Shown here piece after piece: positions 26,873 to 35,799 of a stretch of DNA of 51,242 nucleotides. The stretch lies in IMG/VR virus record IMGVR_UViG_3300021080_000001, positions 1 to 51,242 of that record. One strand, 5' to 3'. The first letter of the stretch is position 1. Each line of letters begins with the position of its first letter. The DNA is from a virus (lineage: Duplodnaviria > Caudoviricetes). The translations under genes and the position numbers were made by a program. The notes under the pieces are model-generated. The model was not told the origin of the DNA. It saw only the letters and a list, made by a program, of their open reading frames with translations, and ran no database searches.

Positions 26873-27332
26873 GGTCTTCTCCTGGTTGTGGCAAGCGATA
26901 GGTGCTCTGGATATGCTTCGCCCCGAGGCTTTCGAAAAGGGCGATCGAGGCGACGTTTGCAGGATTGACATTGGCGACGAAGAACCCGGGGATCTCCCCT
27001 GGCACCCCTGGCAGGGGCGTAATCATGCCTATTATGCGCTTGACCGCTTTTCGCCCCCAGCCGTGCCCGCGGTGCTCGGGGACGATGTGCACGCCGATCT
27101 CGTTCCGCTTGGAGACGGAGACCGTCCCGATCCATGTCTCCGCCAAGCTGATGAGGTACCAGGCCCGGTAGGGATGGTCATCGACATAGGCGAGGTGCTC
27201 GCGCAGGCTCGGCATCCTGACGTGGCTGATGTTCATTTGCGGGTTCCTGCCCCGCTCGAGCAAGAGTTGCCACAGGAACTCGACGTGCCCTGAGCGGCGC
27301 GCCTCCACCGGGATCAGGCTGATGTCGGCCAT
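26838..27332 (-). CDS. pseH: GNAT N-acetyltransferase, PseH-like
   Basis: EIG..I.PEHRGHGWG and V...N.ASIALFESLG; lies within the Pse cluster. Confidence 0.7.
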   Translation of the reverse strand: MADISLIPVEARRSGHVEFLWQLLLERGRNPQMNISHVRMPSLREHLAYVDDHPYRAWYLISLAETWIGTVSVSKRNEIGVHIVPEHRGHGWGRKAVKRIIGMITPLPGVPGEIPGFFVANVNPANVASIALFESLGAKHIQSTYRLPQPGEDHGEGQSAPRED

Positions 27333-27508
27333 CGGGTGCGCCCAAATCCCATGATAACCCAGCAGCCCGTGCACGCCCAGATGGGCCCGCGTCCGTAGCA
27401 GGCTTCCACCCCGCACGCTTGGCACGCCCTCGCGAGGAGGGTGCCGTCAGCGTTCATGCCCGCCACGTTGGCCTTGGCGAGGTCCGCGGGAAGGTGGTGC
27501 TGCATCAA
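27314..27508 (-). CDS. Small Cys-rich (Zn ribbon) protein
   Basis: 64 aa with CxxC...C...CxxC; ATGA-coupled to the upstream gene. Confidence 0.5.
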   Translation of the reverse strand: MMQHHLPADLAKANVAGMNADGTLLARACQACGVEACYGRGPIWACTGCWVIMGFGRTRWPTSA

Positions 27509-28266
27509 GCGCGGATCCTTGTCTCGATGCCGTGTTCGGCCAGGTAGCGCGCGGCGTCTTCGGGGGTCTGGTCGGTGAACTGAAACATGGCACCGGCGGC
27601 GACTGCGTCCGCGCCCGCCTCGATCGCTTCGCGCATGTGCTCGTAGCTCCCGCAGCCGCCGTGGGCGATGACCGGGATGGGGAGGTTGGGGGCGATCCTG
27701 TGGATCAACTCGAGATCGTACCCCGCCAGAGTGCCCTCGCGGGAGATGGAGGTCAGCAGCAGTTCCCCCGCGCCGCGCGCCGCGAGGAAGGCGGCGACGG
27801 AAAGCGCTGGGCCGCAGAGGGGCTCTGGCGGGTGGTGGTGGCCGTTTCGGGAGCGCACGGTGCCGTCGGCCGCAACGTCTAAGGCGACTACGATCGCCTG
27901 GGATCCGACCACCCGGGCGCAGCGGGTGACGAGGTACGGCTGCTCGAGCGCCGCGCTGCCGATCACCACCTTGTCGGCGCCAGCTCGGAGGAGCGCGATC
28001 ACCTGCTCGAGCGAGCGCACGCCGCCCCCCACGGCAAGGGGCATGAAGCAGTCGGTGGAGAGCTCGGAGACGAGTTCGAGATCGGGGCCACGGCCCTCCG
28101 CGGTTGCCGCGATGTCAAGGAGCACGAGTTCATCTACGCCGCGCAGTTGGTGGACGCGCACCGCTTGCGCGGCGAGGCCGACCGAGCGCCAGGCGTCGAA
28201 CCGTACGCCCTTCACCATCTGCCGACCACGGGTGAGGATCGTGGGGATGATGCGTTTGGAGATCAC
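27505..28266 (-). CDS. HisF-like cyclase (WbuZ-type partner of sugar amidotransferase)
   Basis: KRIIP.IL, KG..F, DEL..LDI.A, PL.VGGG, GADKV, GAGELLLTSI.REGT..GYD, A.GG.G. Likely GTG start at 28266. Confidence 0.85.
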   Translation of the reverse strand: MISKRIIPTILTRGRQMVKGVRFDAWRSVGLAAQAVRVHQLRGVDELVLLDIAATAEGRGPDLELVSELSTDCFMPLAVGGGVRSLEQVIALLRAGADKVVIGSAALEQPYLVTRCARVVGSQAIVVALDVAADGTVRSRNGHHHPPEPLCGPALSVAAFLAARGAGELLLTSISREGTLAGYDLELIHRIAPNLPIPVIAHGGCGSYEHMREAIEAGADAVAAGAMFQFTDQTPEDAARYLAEHGIETRIRA

Positions 28267-28454
28267 CCGGCCAACCTCGGCGGTGCGCTCTCGGGCCACA
28301 GTGACAAGCGATTCTGCCGGCGCAGGCGCTGCAGTTCCTCGCGCTCGGCCGGGGACTTCTTCGGCAGCTTTCGGGGCGCGCGCGGCGGCGCGAGCTCGGG
28401 GCCGCTTGATGGTGGCGGCTTAGATTCGCCGGTCTCCAAGCGATGACCCAGCAT
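28263..28454 (-). CDS. Hypothetical protein
   Basis: 63 aa; fills the gap and overlaps the HisF-like start (GTGA). Confidence 0.4.
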   Translation of the reverse strand: MLGHRLETGESKPPPSSGPELAPPRAPRKLPKKSPAEREELQRLRRQNRLSLWPESAPPRLAG

Positions 28455-28471
28455 CGGGCCGAGATATGCGC

Positions 28472-29590
28472 TCAGGCGAATTCCTTCAGGATCGGGCGGT
28501 CATCGAGAACCCGGCCGAAGAGGTCCCAGTTGGTAAAGCGCTTGAGCACGTCGAAGAGTTGTCGCTCGGTCATTTCGATGCGCTCCAGAACCTGCTCCAG
28601 ATCCACCCCAGCATACTCGTGCGGGAAGAGGCCATCGCAACCGCGCACAACCTCCAGGGCGTCGCTGCGCGTAATGCGGCCGTTGCGGATGTCGACCGAA
28701 GCCTGGGCTGCGGCGCGCCCGTAGCCGTACTTGCAGTACATGGCGAAGTCGTGCAGTCCCGTCATGGCGTTGTCGAGATTCTCGTGGGCCCACCAGTTCG
28801 CCTCGCTGGGGAACTTCTGGCGCATGCCGTGCTCGGCGGCCACTTGGGCGTTCCGGTGCGAGTCCCAGGGGAAGTAGGCGCCCATGAAGTGGACCTCGAC
28901 GCCGGCCGCCTCCATCGCCTGGGCGTCCATCGGCATGTAGGGACGCATGTCGGTGAGGCTGAAGCCGTGATCCCCGGAGAGCAGGTCCTGGGCGCGCAAT
29001 CCGAGGAAGCCGCCGAACTCGGTCACCCAGCGCCGGGTCATCTGCTTCGCTTGCTCGGTACCTGGGGGCCCTCCGTAGGCTTCTTGGGGGTTTTCGCCGT
29101 ATAAAACCAGCTGCACCCCGAGCGCCGCAGCGATGCTCCACGGGGTGCTGAAGATCGTGGCGTGCTCGGGCCAGCTGATGTCGCCCACGAGCTCAAGGCC
29201 CAGGCGGTTCAGCTTCGCGCGCACGCTGCGGTTGGGCGTCACCTCGATCGTCGGGGCGAAGCGAGCGAGGTTGTCCAGGTTCGCCCGGCCGATCAGGGTG
29301 AGCATGCAGGTCGAGGCGGTGACGAGGAGCGGCCGGTAGCCCAGTTCGATCACTTTCAGCGCGATCCAGTGGCTGTCCTTGCCTCCTGAGCTCGCCACGA
29401 TGCAATCGTAGGGGGCGAGCGAGTAGGCGCGAGCGCTGTAGTTCGCCATCAGCTCGTGGAATTCGAGCTCGCGCGCGGCCCAGTCCACTGCCGGCCGTCT
29501 GGTGAAGGAGCGGCAAGCCGAGCACACGCCGTCCTCGAAGGGGGTGTCCGGGCGGGTGTCGGGGATGACGCAGAGTCGGCAGCGGTTCAT
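28472..29590 (-). CDS. N-acetyl sugar amidotransferase (PseA/WbuX-like)
   Basis: CxxC..PDTRP...GVC.AC, YDCIV..SGGKDS (PP-loop), YGEN...YGG, K.GYGR...QAS.DIR.G.ITR. Confidence 0.88.
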   Translation of the reverse strand: MNRCRLCVIPDTRPDTPFEDGVCSACRSFTRRPAVDWAARELEFHELMANYSARAYSLAPYDCIVASSGGKDSHWIALKVIELGYRPLLVTASTCMLTLIGRANLDNLARFAPTIEVTPNRSVRAKLNRLGLELVGDISWPEHATIFSTPWSIAAALGVQLVLYGENPQEAYGGPPGTEQAKQMTRRWVTEFGGFLGLRAQDLLSGDHGFSLTDMRPYMPMDAQAMEAAGVEVHFMGAYFPWDSHRNAQVAAEHGMRQKFPSEANWWAHENLDNAMTGLHDFAMYCKYGYGRAAAQASVDIRNGRITRSDALEVVRGCDGLFPHEYAGVDLEQVLERIEMTERQLFDVLKRFTNWDLFGRVLDDRPILKEFA

Positions 29591-30309
29591 GGATGCTTCT
29601 GCATCAAAAACCAGGTCAGGTCGTCCTGGGGAAAATGGTCGCGGTGATAGATGAAGCCGTAGTCGAGAAGCTCAACGTTCGGATACTGTCCCATCAGCTC
29701 GCCCGCAAAATCGCGCCGCCACAGTGCCCGGGTGTAGCCCCGGTACTGGATCACCTGGGGCGTGGGGTTGTAGTACTCGGCCATGAGGATGTAGCGCTTG
29801 GAGCAGCGGTAGAGGGTCTCGTAGGCCGCGGCGATGTAGTCGGGGGCAATGTGGATCAGGACGCCCTTGGTGAAGGCCATGTCCCACAGGCGATCGGGCT
29901 CGAACCCGAGGAGGCTCCCCCGGATGGTGTAGTCGGCCACGCGTTCGAGGAGCGCGCGCGCTTTGGGGTTGATCTCGAGGCCGGTCGTTTCGATGTCCCG
30001 GTCGATGTCCTTGATCGCCTGGAGGTTGGAGCCTGCGCCCGCGCCGAGCTCGATCACCGACCACAGGGGGTAGTCGATCAGGGCGAGGATCTTGGCGAAG
30101 AGCGCGCGGTTGTTCTCCAGGCCCCCGAGGTTCCGGTCGGTGTACTCGTCCCCGAAGGGCCCCGCCCACAGGCGCTCCTGGAAGTTCCTCGGGCTCACTT
30201 GCATGATGTCGGGCAGGTGCGCTCCCAAGCGCGCCCTCATGCGCTCGACCAGCTCGGCCATTCCCGGGCCGAAGAGGGTGCGCGCGAAGCGGACGATGCT
30301 CTCGTTCAC
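29587..30309 (-). CDS. Pseudaminic acid biosynthesis-associated SAM methylase
   Basis: QE..W.G.FGDEY..RN, ELGAG.G.NL, TKGVLIHI.P, AEYYNP.P, RDFAGE, DYGF.YHRD..PQDD.TWFL. Likely start GTG 30309 overlapping the pseF stop. Confidence 0.85.
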   Translation of the reverse strand: MNESIVRFARTLFGPGMAELVERMRARLGAHLPDIMQVSPRNFQERLWAGPFGDEYTDRNLGGLENNRALFAKILALIDYPLWSVIELGAGAGSNLQAIKDIDRDIETTGLEINPKARALLERVADYTIRGSLLGFEPDRLWDMAFTKGVLIHIAPDYIAAAYETLYRCSKRYILMAEYYNPTPQVIQYRGYTRALWRRDFAGELMGQYPNVELLDYGFIYHRDHFPQDDLTWFLMQKHP

Positions 30310-30926
30310 AGGATCTGCCTGGGTTGGGGTACGCCGTCGGTATCGCCCTCGAGTCTGCGGCGCCAGGCGGCGTACATCTGCTTGGCGTGGATCCAGTCCT
30401 CCTCGGTGTTGATGTCGATGTAGCGCCCGGTGAGTCCCATCATCAAATAATGGGGGCTCTCCCCGAGCGGCGTTCGCGCGAGAAACGCGCCGACACTGCC
30501 CCAGTAGTACCAGCCCGGCACGAACGCCCACGTTATCCACGGCTGCTCGTCCAGGAGCTTGCGGCCCGTGCGCAGGTCCTCCGGGGTCATCATGGGGGCG
30601 GTCGGGTAGATGCAGCAAGCGTGCTCGATGCCTGGGCCGCAGCCGTTCAGGGCGTCCCTGGTCACCTCCTGGGTGCCGGTGTCGTCATCGGCGAGGCGGC
30701 TGTGGCGCCGCAGATAGCTCGCCCCGTAGTCCATGGCGATCGCGCCGATCAGGTCGGAGTCGGTCGAGACGATGATCCGGGCGAAGAGGCCACTCGCCTT
30801 CGCCGCGAGGATCGAGTAGGCGATGATCGGCTTGCCGTGAAACAAGCGGATGTTCTTTTCCGGGATTCTCTTGCTGCCGGCCCGGGCGGGGATGATGGCG
30901 ATCGCGCTCATTTTGTGGGCCACCAC
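30306..30926 (-). CDS. pseF: CMP-pseudaminate synthetase (acylneuraminate cytidylyltransferase)
   Basis: AIIPARAGSKRIP.KNI..F.GKPIIAYSI, VSTD, CCIYPTAP, DINTEEDW. Confidence 0.88.
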   Translation of the reverse strand: MVAHKMSAIAIIPARAGSKRIPEKNIRLFHGKPIIAYSILAAKASGLFARIIVSTDSDLIGAIAMDYGASYLRRHSRLADDDTGTQEVTRDALNGCGPGIEHACCIYPTAPMMTPEDLRTGRKLLDEQPWITWAFVPGWYYWGSVGAFLARTPLGESPHYLMMGLTGRYIDINTEEDWIHAKQMYAAWRRRLEGDTDGVPQPRQIL

Positions 30927-31399
30927 GCGGGCGCGCGGACGGCATCGAGCCCGATGAGCCTGGCAATCTCCTCGGGGGACTCCAGCACGCTCACCCTGGC
31001 GAGCATGACCCCGTGTTCCAGGCCGGTGCCGCAGGCCAAGCTCACGCAGGTGCAGGCGATCTCGTCGTGGTAGGCCTCGATCGAGGATCTCGCGACCAGT
31101 CCATGGGCCGCGTTCAGCGCCGCGGCGGCTTCGCGCGTGCGCATGTAGGAGTTGATCGCCCGTTCGGACTGTTCGCTGTCGACCACCATGGAGGGCGGGT
31201 TCGCGGCCTCGGCGCTCACCCGCAGCACTTCGTCGTGGAGGCTGCTGATGGCTTGGCGCCAGGCTTCGCCGCTCCCCTTTTTCACGGGACGCGTGATGCT
31301 TGCTTCGATCAGGAGCACCCGCGTGGGGTCGATATAGACGGGGCTCGATCTGCCGCCGTTTATGTCGGGGTTGGGGATTCCGGTGAGCTTGATCAGCAT
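30908..31399 (-). CDS. Hypothetical protein
   Basis: 163 aa with GAGG RBS; C-terminal V.ES.EEI..LI. Confidence 0.6.
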   Translation of the reverse strand: MLIKLTGIPNPDINGGRSSPVYIDPTRVLLIEASITRPVKKGSGEAWRQAISSLHDEVLRVSAEAANPPSMVVDSEQSERAINSYMRTREAAAALNAAHGLVARSSIEAYHDEIACTCVSLACGTGLEHGVMLARVSVLESPEEIARLIGLDAVRAPAWWPTK

Positions 31400-31402
31400 G
31401 GG

Positions 31403-32056
31403 CTACCTCGGTTTTCCTCGCTCGCGTTCCGGGTCTACGATCAGGCGGATGTCGTCGTAGCCGTAGACCGAGTGGCTTTTCACCAGGTGATACTGGGCGA
31501 AGATGTCGCAGTCCTCACTCGCTGTCACGCGGATGCCGCGGCCTTCAGCGACGCCGCACCAGTATTCCAGGCACGCCCGGGCGCTGATCGGCTCCTCCCG
31601 CCAGCTGTCCAGGGCGAGACCGATGCCGTGGAGCGCGATCTCGGCCGCGCCCTCGAGGATGGCGTAGGCGACCAGCATGTCGAAGCTACCGGCGTGATAG
31701 CGCCCTCCGCGGGGGGTCAAACGGGCGAGCGAGGCCACCGGGAACAAACGCTCGCGCTCTAGGAGCCCGTGCCAGGTGTCAATCACGTAGATCGGGATCT
31801 GGGGGTTTGCTTTGGACCAGGCGGTATCCCACAGGATGTACTGGTAGGCGTCCCGGTTCAGGTGCTCGAAGCGGTGCAGGTTGAACATGCGCGCCCAGCG
31901 GATGGGTTGCCAGCCCTTTTCGCGGCCGTCCGGGCGGATGCTGTTTAAACCCCAGATCTCCCAGCCGGGACCCTCGTGCTGGCCGAGGAATTGTTCTTCG
32001 CGCGCGGCCCCGCCGATGATGGCGACTTTGAGTTTGCGTCGGTTCAGGATCTTCAC
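31403..32056 (-). CDS. Second CstII/Maf-like glycosyltransferase-fold protein (paralog of 19821..20825)
   Basis: KVAIIG, WEIWGLN, FNLH, GS..MLVAYAI.EGA.EIALHGI, R.C.EYW.G.A..RGI.V and YGY align in order with the 334-aa protein. Confidence 0.6.
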   Translation of the reverse strand: MKILNRRKLKVAIIGGAAREEQFLGQHEGPGWEIWGLNSIRPDGREKGWQPIRWARMFNLHRFEHLNRDAYQYILWDTAWSKANPQIPIYVIDTWHGLLERERLFPVASLARLTPRGGRYHAGSFDMLVAYAILEGAAEIALHGIGLALDSWREEPISARACLEYWCGVAEGRGIRVTASEDCDIFAQYHLVKSHSVYGYDDIRLIVDPERERGKPR

Positions 32057-32060
32057 GTGG

Positions 32061-32432
32061 CTACCTCGAGGCGAGTTCGGTCACGGCTTCGAGCACCGCA
32101 TCGATGATGTGGCTGGCAATGTAGGCGGGCTTTTTGCCCTCCTGCTCCATGCTCGTGAACATGATGGTGGCCCGGGTGATGAGCATATCGCGAAGGCGGT
32201 TCGCAGCGTAGTGCAGGCGCTCCTCGCGGGTTACCAGGCGCTGGATCCGGTCGGCTTCGGCGGTCATGGCGTCGGCCACGTTGCGGGCGCCGGCCGGGTC
32301 GAAGGCAATCCACAGTTTAGGCTCGGGGAAGCGCAGGATCACCTTGCCGCGCTCTGAGAGGACGCCCACGCTCGTCGGTCCGTCACCGCCCTCGGCAATG
32401 AGGGGGCTCGGGGTATCGTCGCTGCCGTTCAT
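32061..32432 (-). CDS. Hypothetical protein
   Basis: ATG 32432 overlaps the upstream stop; G.V.L.F..P...I.FD...A motif. Confidence 0.6.
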   Translation of the reverse strand: MNGSDDTPSPLIAEGGDGPTSVGVLSERGKVILRFPEPKLWIAFDPAGARNVADAMTAEADRIQRLVTREERLHYAANRLRDMLITRATIMFTSMEQEGKKPAYIASHIIDAVLEAVTELASR

Positions 32433-32674
32433 CCCCACTTGAGCTCCTGCGCGACCTTGATGCCGATGTGCTTGCAGGCGTTGAGGAGGTCGGTGACGAT
32501 CGATTTGGCCTGCTCGCGGTTGAACTGCAGGTGGTCGCTCGGATGGGTGAACTTCAGGAACACCATGCCGGTGGGGGCGTTCGCGTAGGTTTCCACCTTC
32601 TGGTCCATCACGATCGGGGGGCGTTGCTTTGCCTTCAGGGCGTCGCGCAGTTGCTCGGGTTTCATCGGAAGCAC
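32429..32674 (-). CDS. Hypothetical protein (possible paralog of neighbour)
   Basis: GMVFLKFTHP...LQFN...A resembles the neighbour's GKVILRFPEP..IAFD...A. Confidence 0.55.
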   Translation of the reverse strand: MLPMKPEQLRDALKAKQRPPIVMDQKVETYANAPTGMVFLKFTHPSDHLQFNREQAKSIVTDLLNACKHIGIKVAQELKWG

Positions 32675-33345
32675 TCCATCTGGGAGAGATCGGGATAATC
32701 ATCGTTCAGCAGGTCCGGATTGTCATCGGGCAGGAAGGACAGGCGCACCAGGCCCTCGGCCGCGATTTCCGGGGACATGTAGGCGTGCCAGCCGGCGAAG
32801 CTGAAGGTGTCATCCTTGGGTGCCACGTTCTCGGTGCGCCCGTCAAAGCGCGCCCGGCGTAGCCACGCGTCGGCTTCCTTGCTCGAGTGCAGGATCGCCC
32901 CGCCCTGCTGGATGCCGAGGATCTTGGACCAGTGGAACGAGAGGCACACCATTTCGTCGTTCAGGGACGGCGCGTTCTCGTTCCTGTCGCTCCAGCGCGA
33001 GCTCCAAGAGTACATGTTGCTCCGGAGGCGCCTGGCGCTGTCGTAGATCGGCAGCGGGTTCAGGCGGTAGGCGCCTTGCCAGTTCTCGTCCCTGAAGGTG
33101 GGACGGGCCCCGGCGTGGATGATGCTCATCGGCACGCTCACGTAGGTGCGCCGCGGGATGTCGATCACCGGGCGGCCGACCCAGGGGCGATCGCGCAGAG
33201 GGAGCTCGCGCAGGTGGTAGGCGATCGCGAGGAGGAGTGCCATGGTGCAGCTGGAGACGGCCACGCAGTAGGGGGCGCCGGCGTACTCGGCGACGGCTTG
33301 CTCGAACTCCTGGACGACCTGGAAGGGGTTGTGGCGCTGTTTCAC
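32662..33345 (-). CDS. pseC: DegT/DnrJ-family PLP sugar aminotransferase, PseC-like, short form
   Basis: FEQAVAEY.GA.Y.VAVSSCT.AL, P..TYVS, DSA, SFH..K (PLP lysine), GGAI. Confidence 0.8.
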   Translation of the reverse strand: MKQRHNPFQVVQEFEQAVAEYAGAPYCVAVSSCTMALLLAIAYHLRELPLRDRPWVGRPVIDIPRRTYVSVPMSIIHAGARPTFRDENWQGAYRLNPLPIYDSARRLRSNMYSWSSRWSDRNENAPSLNDEMVCLSFHWSKILGIQQGGAILHSSKEADAWLRRARFDGRTENVAPKDDTFSFAGWHAYMSPEIAAEGLVRLSFLPDDNPDLLNDDYPDLSQMECFR

Positions 33346-34226
33346 AGCTTCGCCAGTTCCATGCGCAGCGCTTCGATCGTCATCCGGGGCGCGTCGTAGG
33401 AACGCCGCGGGCCGCCGGGTTCGCCGTAGGCGAGGAGCGATTCGTGGGTCTTTTCGTCGGTGCCGAGCTCGTCGTTCACTTCGACGTCGAGGTCCGCCTC
33501 GGGCAGCATGGCGAGGGCGAGGTCGCCCAGGCGATAGGCGGGGAGAGTGGGCACGAGTAGGGTTCCCCCTGGGAGCGTGTTCACCTGCAGGACGAGGGCC
33601 ACGGCTTGGGGGGCTGTGATCCAGAAGCGTGTCGCCTCGGGGTTCCTCACCGTGATCTTGCGTCCTGCGGCGAGGGCTTCACGCCAGATGGGGATCACCG
33701 AGCCCGTGCTGCCGGCGACGTTGCCGTAGCGGGTTGCGCTGAATTTCGGAGCTAGATAGTGGCCGACCGTGTTGCTTGCGCCGAGGAAGAGCTTCTCGGC
33801 GAGCAGTTTCGTGGCCCCGTAGCAGTTCAGGGGTTCGACCGCCTTGTCGGTGGAGATGAGGATGGCCGAGTGGACCCCGGCATCGATGGCGGCCTCGATC
33901 ACGTTCTGGGTCCCGAGCACGTTGGTTTTCATCATCTCGGCCGGGTTGTAGACCCCGACCTCGATGCGCTTCAAGGCGGCCGCGTGGACCACGGTGTTCA
34001 CCGACTCCATGGCCCAGCGCAGGCGCGGCTTGTCGCGCACGTCCCCGATGAACCAGCGCAGGCGCGGGTCGTCGTTGAACTCGGCCCGCATGGCAGCCTG
34101 AGCCGCCTCGCTGCGGGAAAAGATGCACACCCGCGCCTCGCCCTGGTCGAGGAGTTCGCGCGCAAGCGCGCGCCCCAGGAACCCTGTGCCGCCGGTGATG
34201 AGCCAGCCGATATGCGCGGGTTTCAT
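33342..34226 (-). CDS. pseB: UDP-GlcNAc 4,6-dehydratase (inverting)
   Basis: ITGGTG.LG, IGDVRD..RL, HAAALK, YNP.E..KTN..G, STDKA..P.N.YGATK, RYGNV.GS.GSV, TRFWI. Confidence 0.9.
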   Translation of the reverse strand: MKPAHIGWLITGGTGFLGRALARELLDQGEARVCIFSRSEAAQAAMRAEFNDDPRLRWFIGDVRDKPRLRWAMESVNTVVHAAALKRIEVGVYNPAEMMKTNVLGTQNVIEAAIDAGVHSAILISTDKAVEPLNCYGATKLLAEKLFLGASNTVGHYLAPKFSATRYGNVAGSTGSVIPIWREALAAGRKITVRNPEATRFWITAPQAVALVLQVNTLPGGTLLVPTLPAYRLGDLALAMLPEADLDVEVNDELGTDEKTHESLLAYGEPGGPRRSYDAPRMTIEALRMELAKL

Positions 34227-34230
34227 GGGC

Positions 34231-34267
34231 AAAAAGAAGCCGCGCCACCCGGCAGAGTGAGCGCGGC
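34231..34267 (-). terminator. Intrinsic terminator immediately upstream of pseB
   Basis: Minus strand GCCGCGC-TCAC...GTG-GCGCGGC followed by TTCTTTTT. Confidence 0.65.
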
Positions 34268-34308
34268 CTGGAGGTTGGGCTGGGAGCCCAATGCAGAGAA
34301 GAGCCGCG

Positions 34309-34314
34309 ATTGTA
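34309..34314 (-). promoter_or_regulatory. -10 element of putative late promoter
   Basis: TACAAT just after the ruvC stop; no consensus -35. Confidence 0.4.
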
Positions 34315-34320
34315 CCGCAA

Positions 34321-34830
34321 TCACGCGTGCTCCTCGTAGCCGTAGCGGGCGAGCATGATGGCCTCGGCGCGGTTGTGGTCCTTCACGCGGGTGAGGGGCG
34401 CCTCGGGGTAGAGCCGCTGGGCGCGCGAGCGCACCACCCCTTTGTTCTTCGCCCCGCCCGGTAGCTTGAGGGCCTTTTTCCAAACGCCCGGCGTGACCTC
34501 GCGGTGGGGAAGGCCGAGCGCCACAACGACACCCTCAAGGATCCCTGCGGTATGCCCCAGGCTGAAAGTACTCGAGCTCCCCTGCGGCTTATCGCCCGCA
34601 ATCCGGAAAGGGGCCTGATGCTCCAGCACCACAAGAACGGCGACCTTGTCGTGGTCATGGGTCCATTCCTTCAGTAGCTGGGTGACGGCGGCGCCGTTCA
34701 CCTGGTTTTTCACCTTGCCCCGCGCAAGCGCCCGCTGCATCACCGGCATGTCTTCCACCTTTTGCAGACCGCGGTGGTCGATCGCGGCGAGGGCCCCGGT
34801 AAGGCCTGGATCGATTCCGATCACGAGCAT
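34321..34830 (-). CDS. ruvC: RuvC-like Holliday junction resolvase
   Basis: IGIDPG.TG, VLE, F..G...G, P..WKK, DHNRAEA. Confidence 0.85.
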   Translation of the reverse strand: MLVIGIDPGLTGALAAIDHRGLQKVEDMPVMQRALARGKVKNQVNGAAVTQLLKEWTHDHDKVAVLVVLEHQAPFRIAGDKPQGSSSTFSLGHTAGILEGVVVALGLPHREVTPGVWKKALKLPGGAKNKGVVRSRAQRLYPEAPLTRVKDHNRAEAIMLARYGYEEHA

Positions 34831-34851
34831 TGTGACTTGTTCAAACGCTCG

Positions 34852-35652
<801 letters not shown>

Positions 35653-35799
35653 AAAATGCTCCTCAATCGAGAGACTACTTTTTCGCCTTTGGGGGTCTTG
35701 GTATGTGGATGTCGGTCGCGTAGATCAGGTCGATCGGACACTCGCAGCGCGGCCAGTGACAGGGCGACCCGCCACCTCTGGCGCGACATCTTATGGGAA

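Noticed and set aside
27505-28266. Histidine biosynthesis auxiliary gene (hisF)
   Set aside because: Its position beside a WbuX/PseA-like amidotransferase indicates the sugar-amidation paralog; no other his genes are present.
29587-30618. 343-aa methylase with long N-terminal extension
   Set aside because: The extension overlaps pseF in another frame; GTGA coupling at 30309 gives the plausible start.
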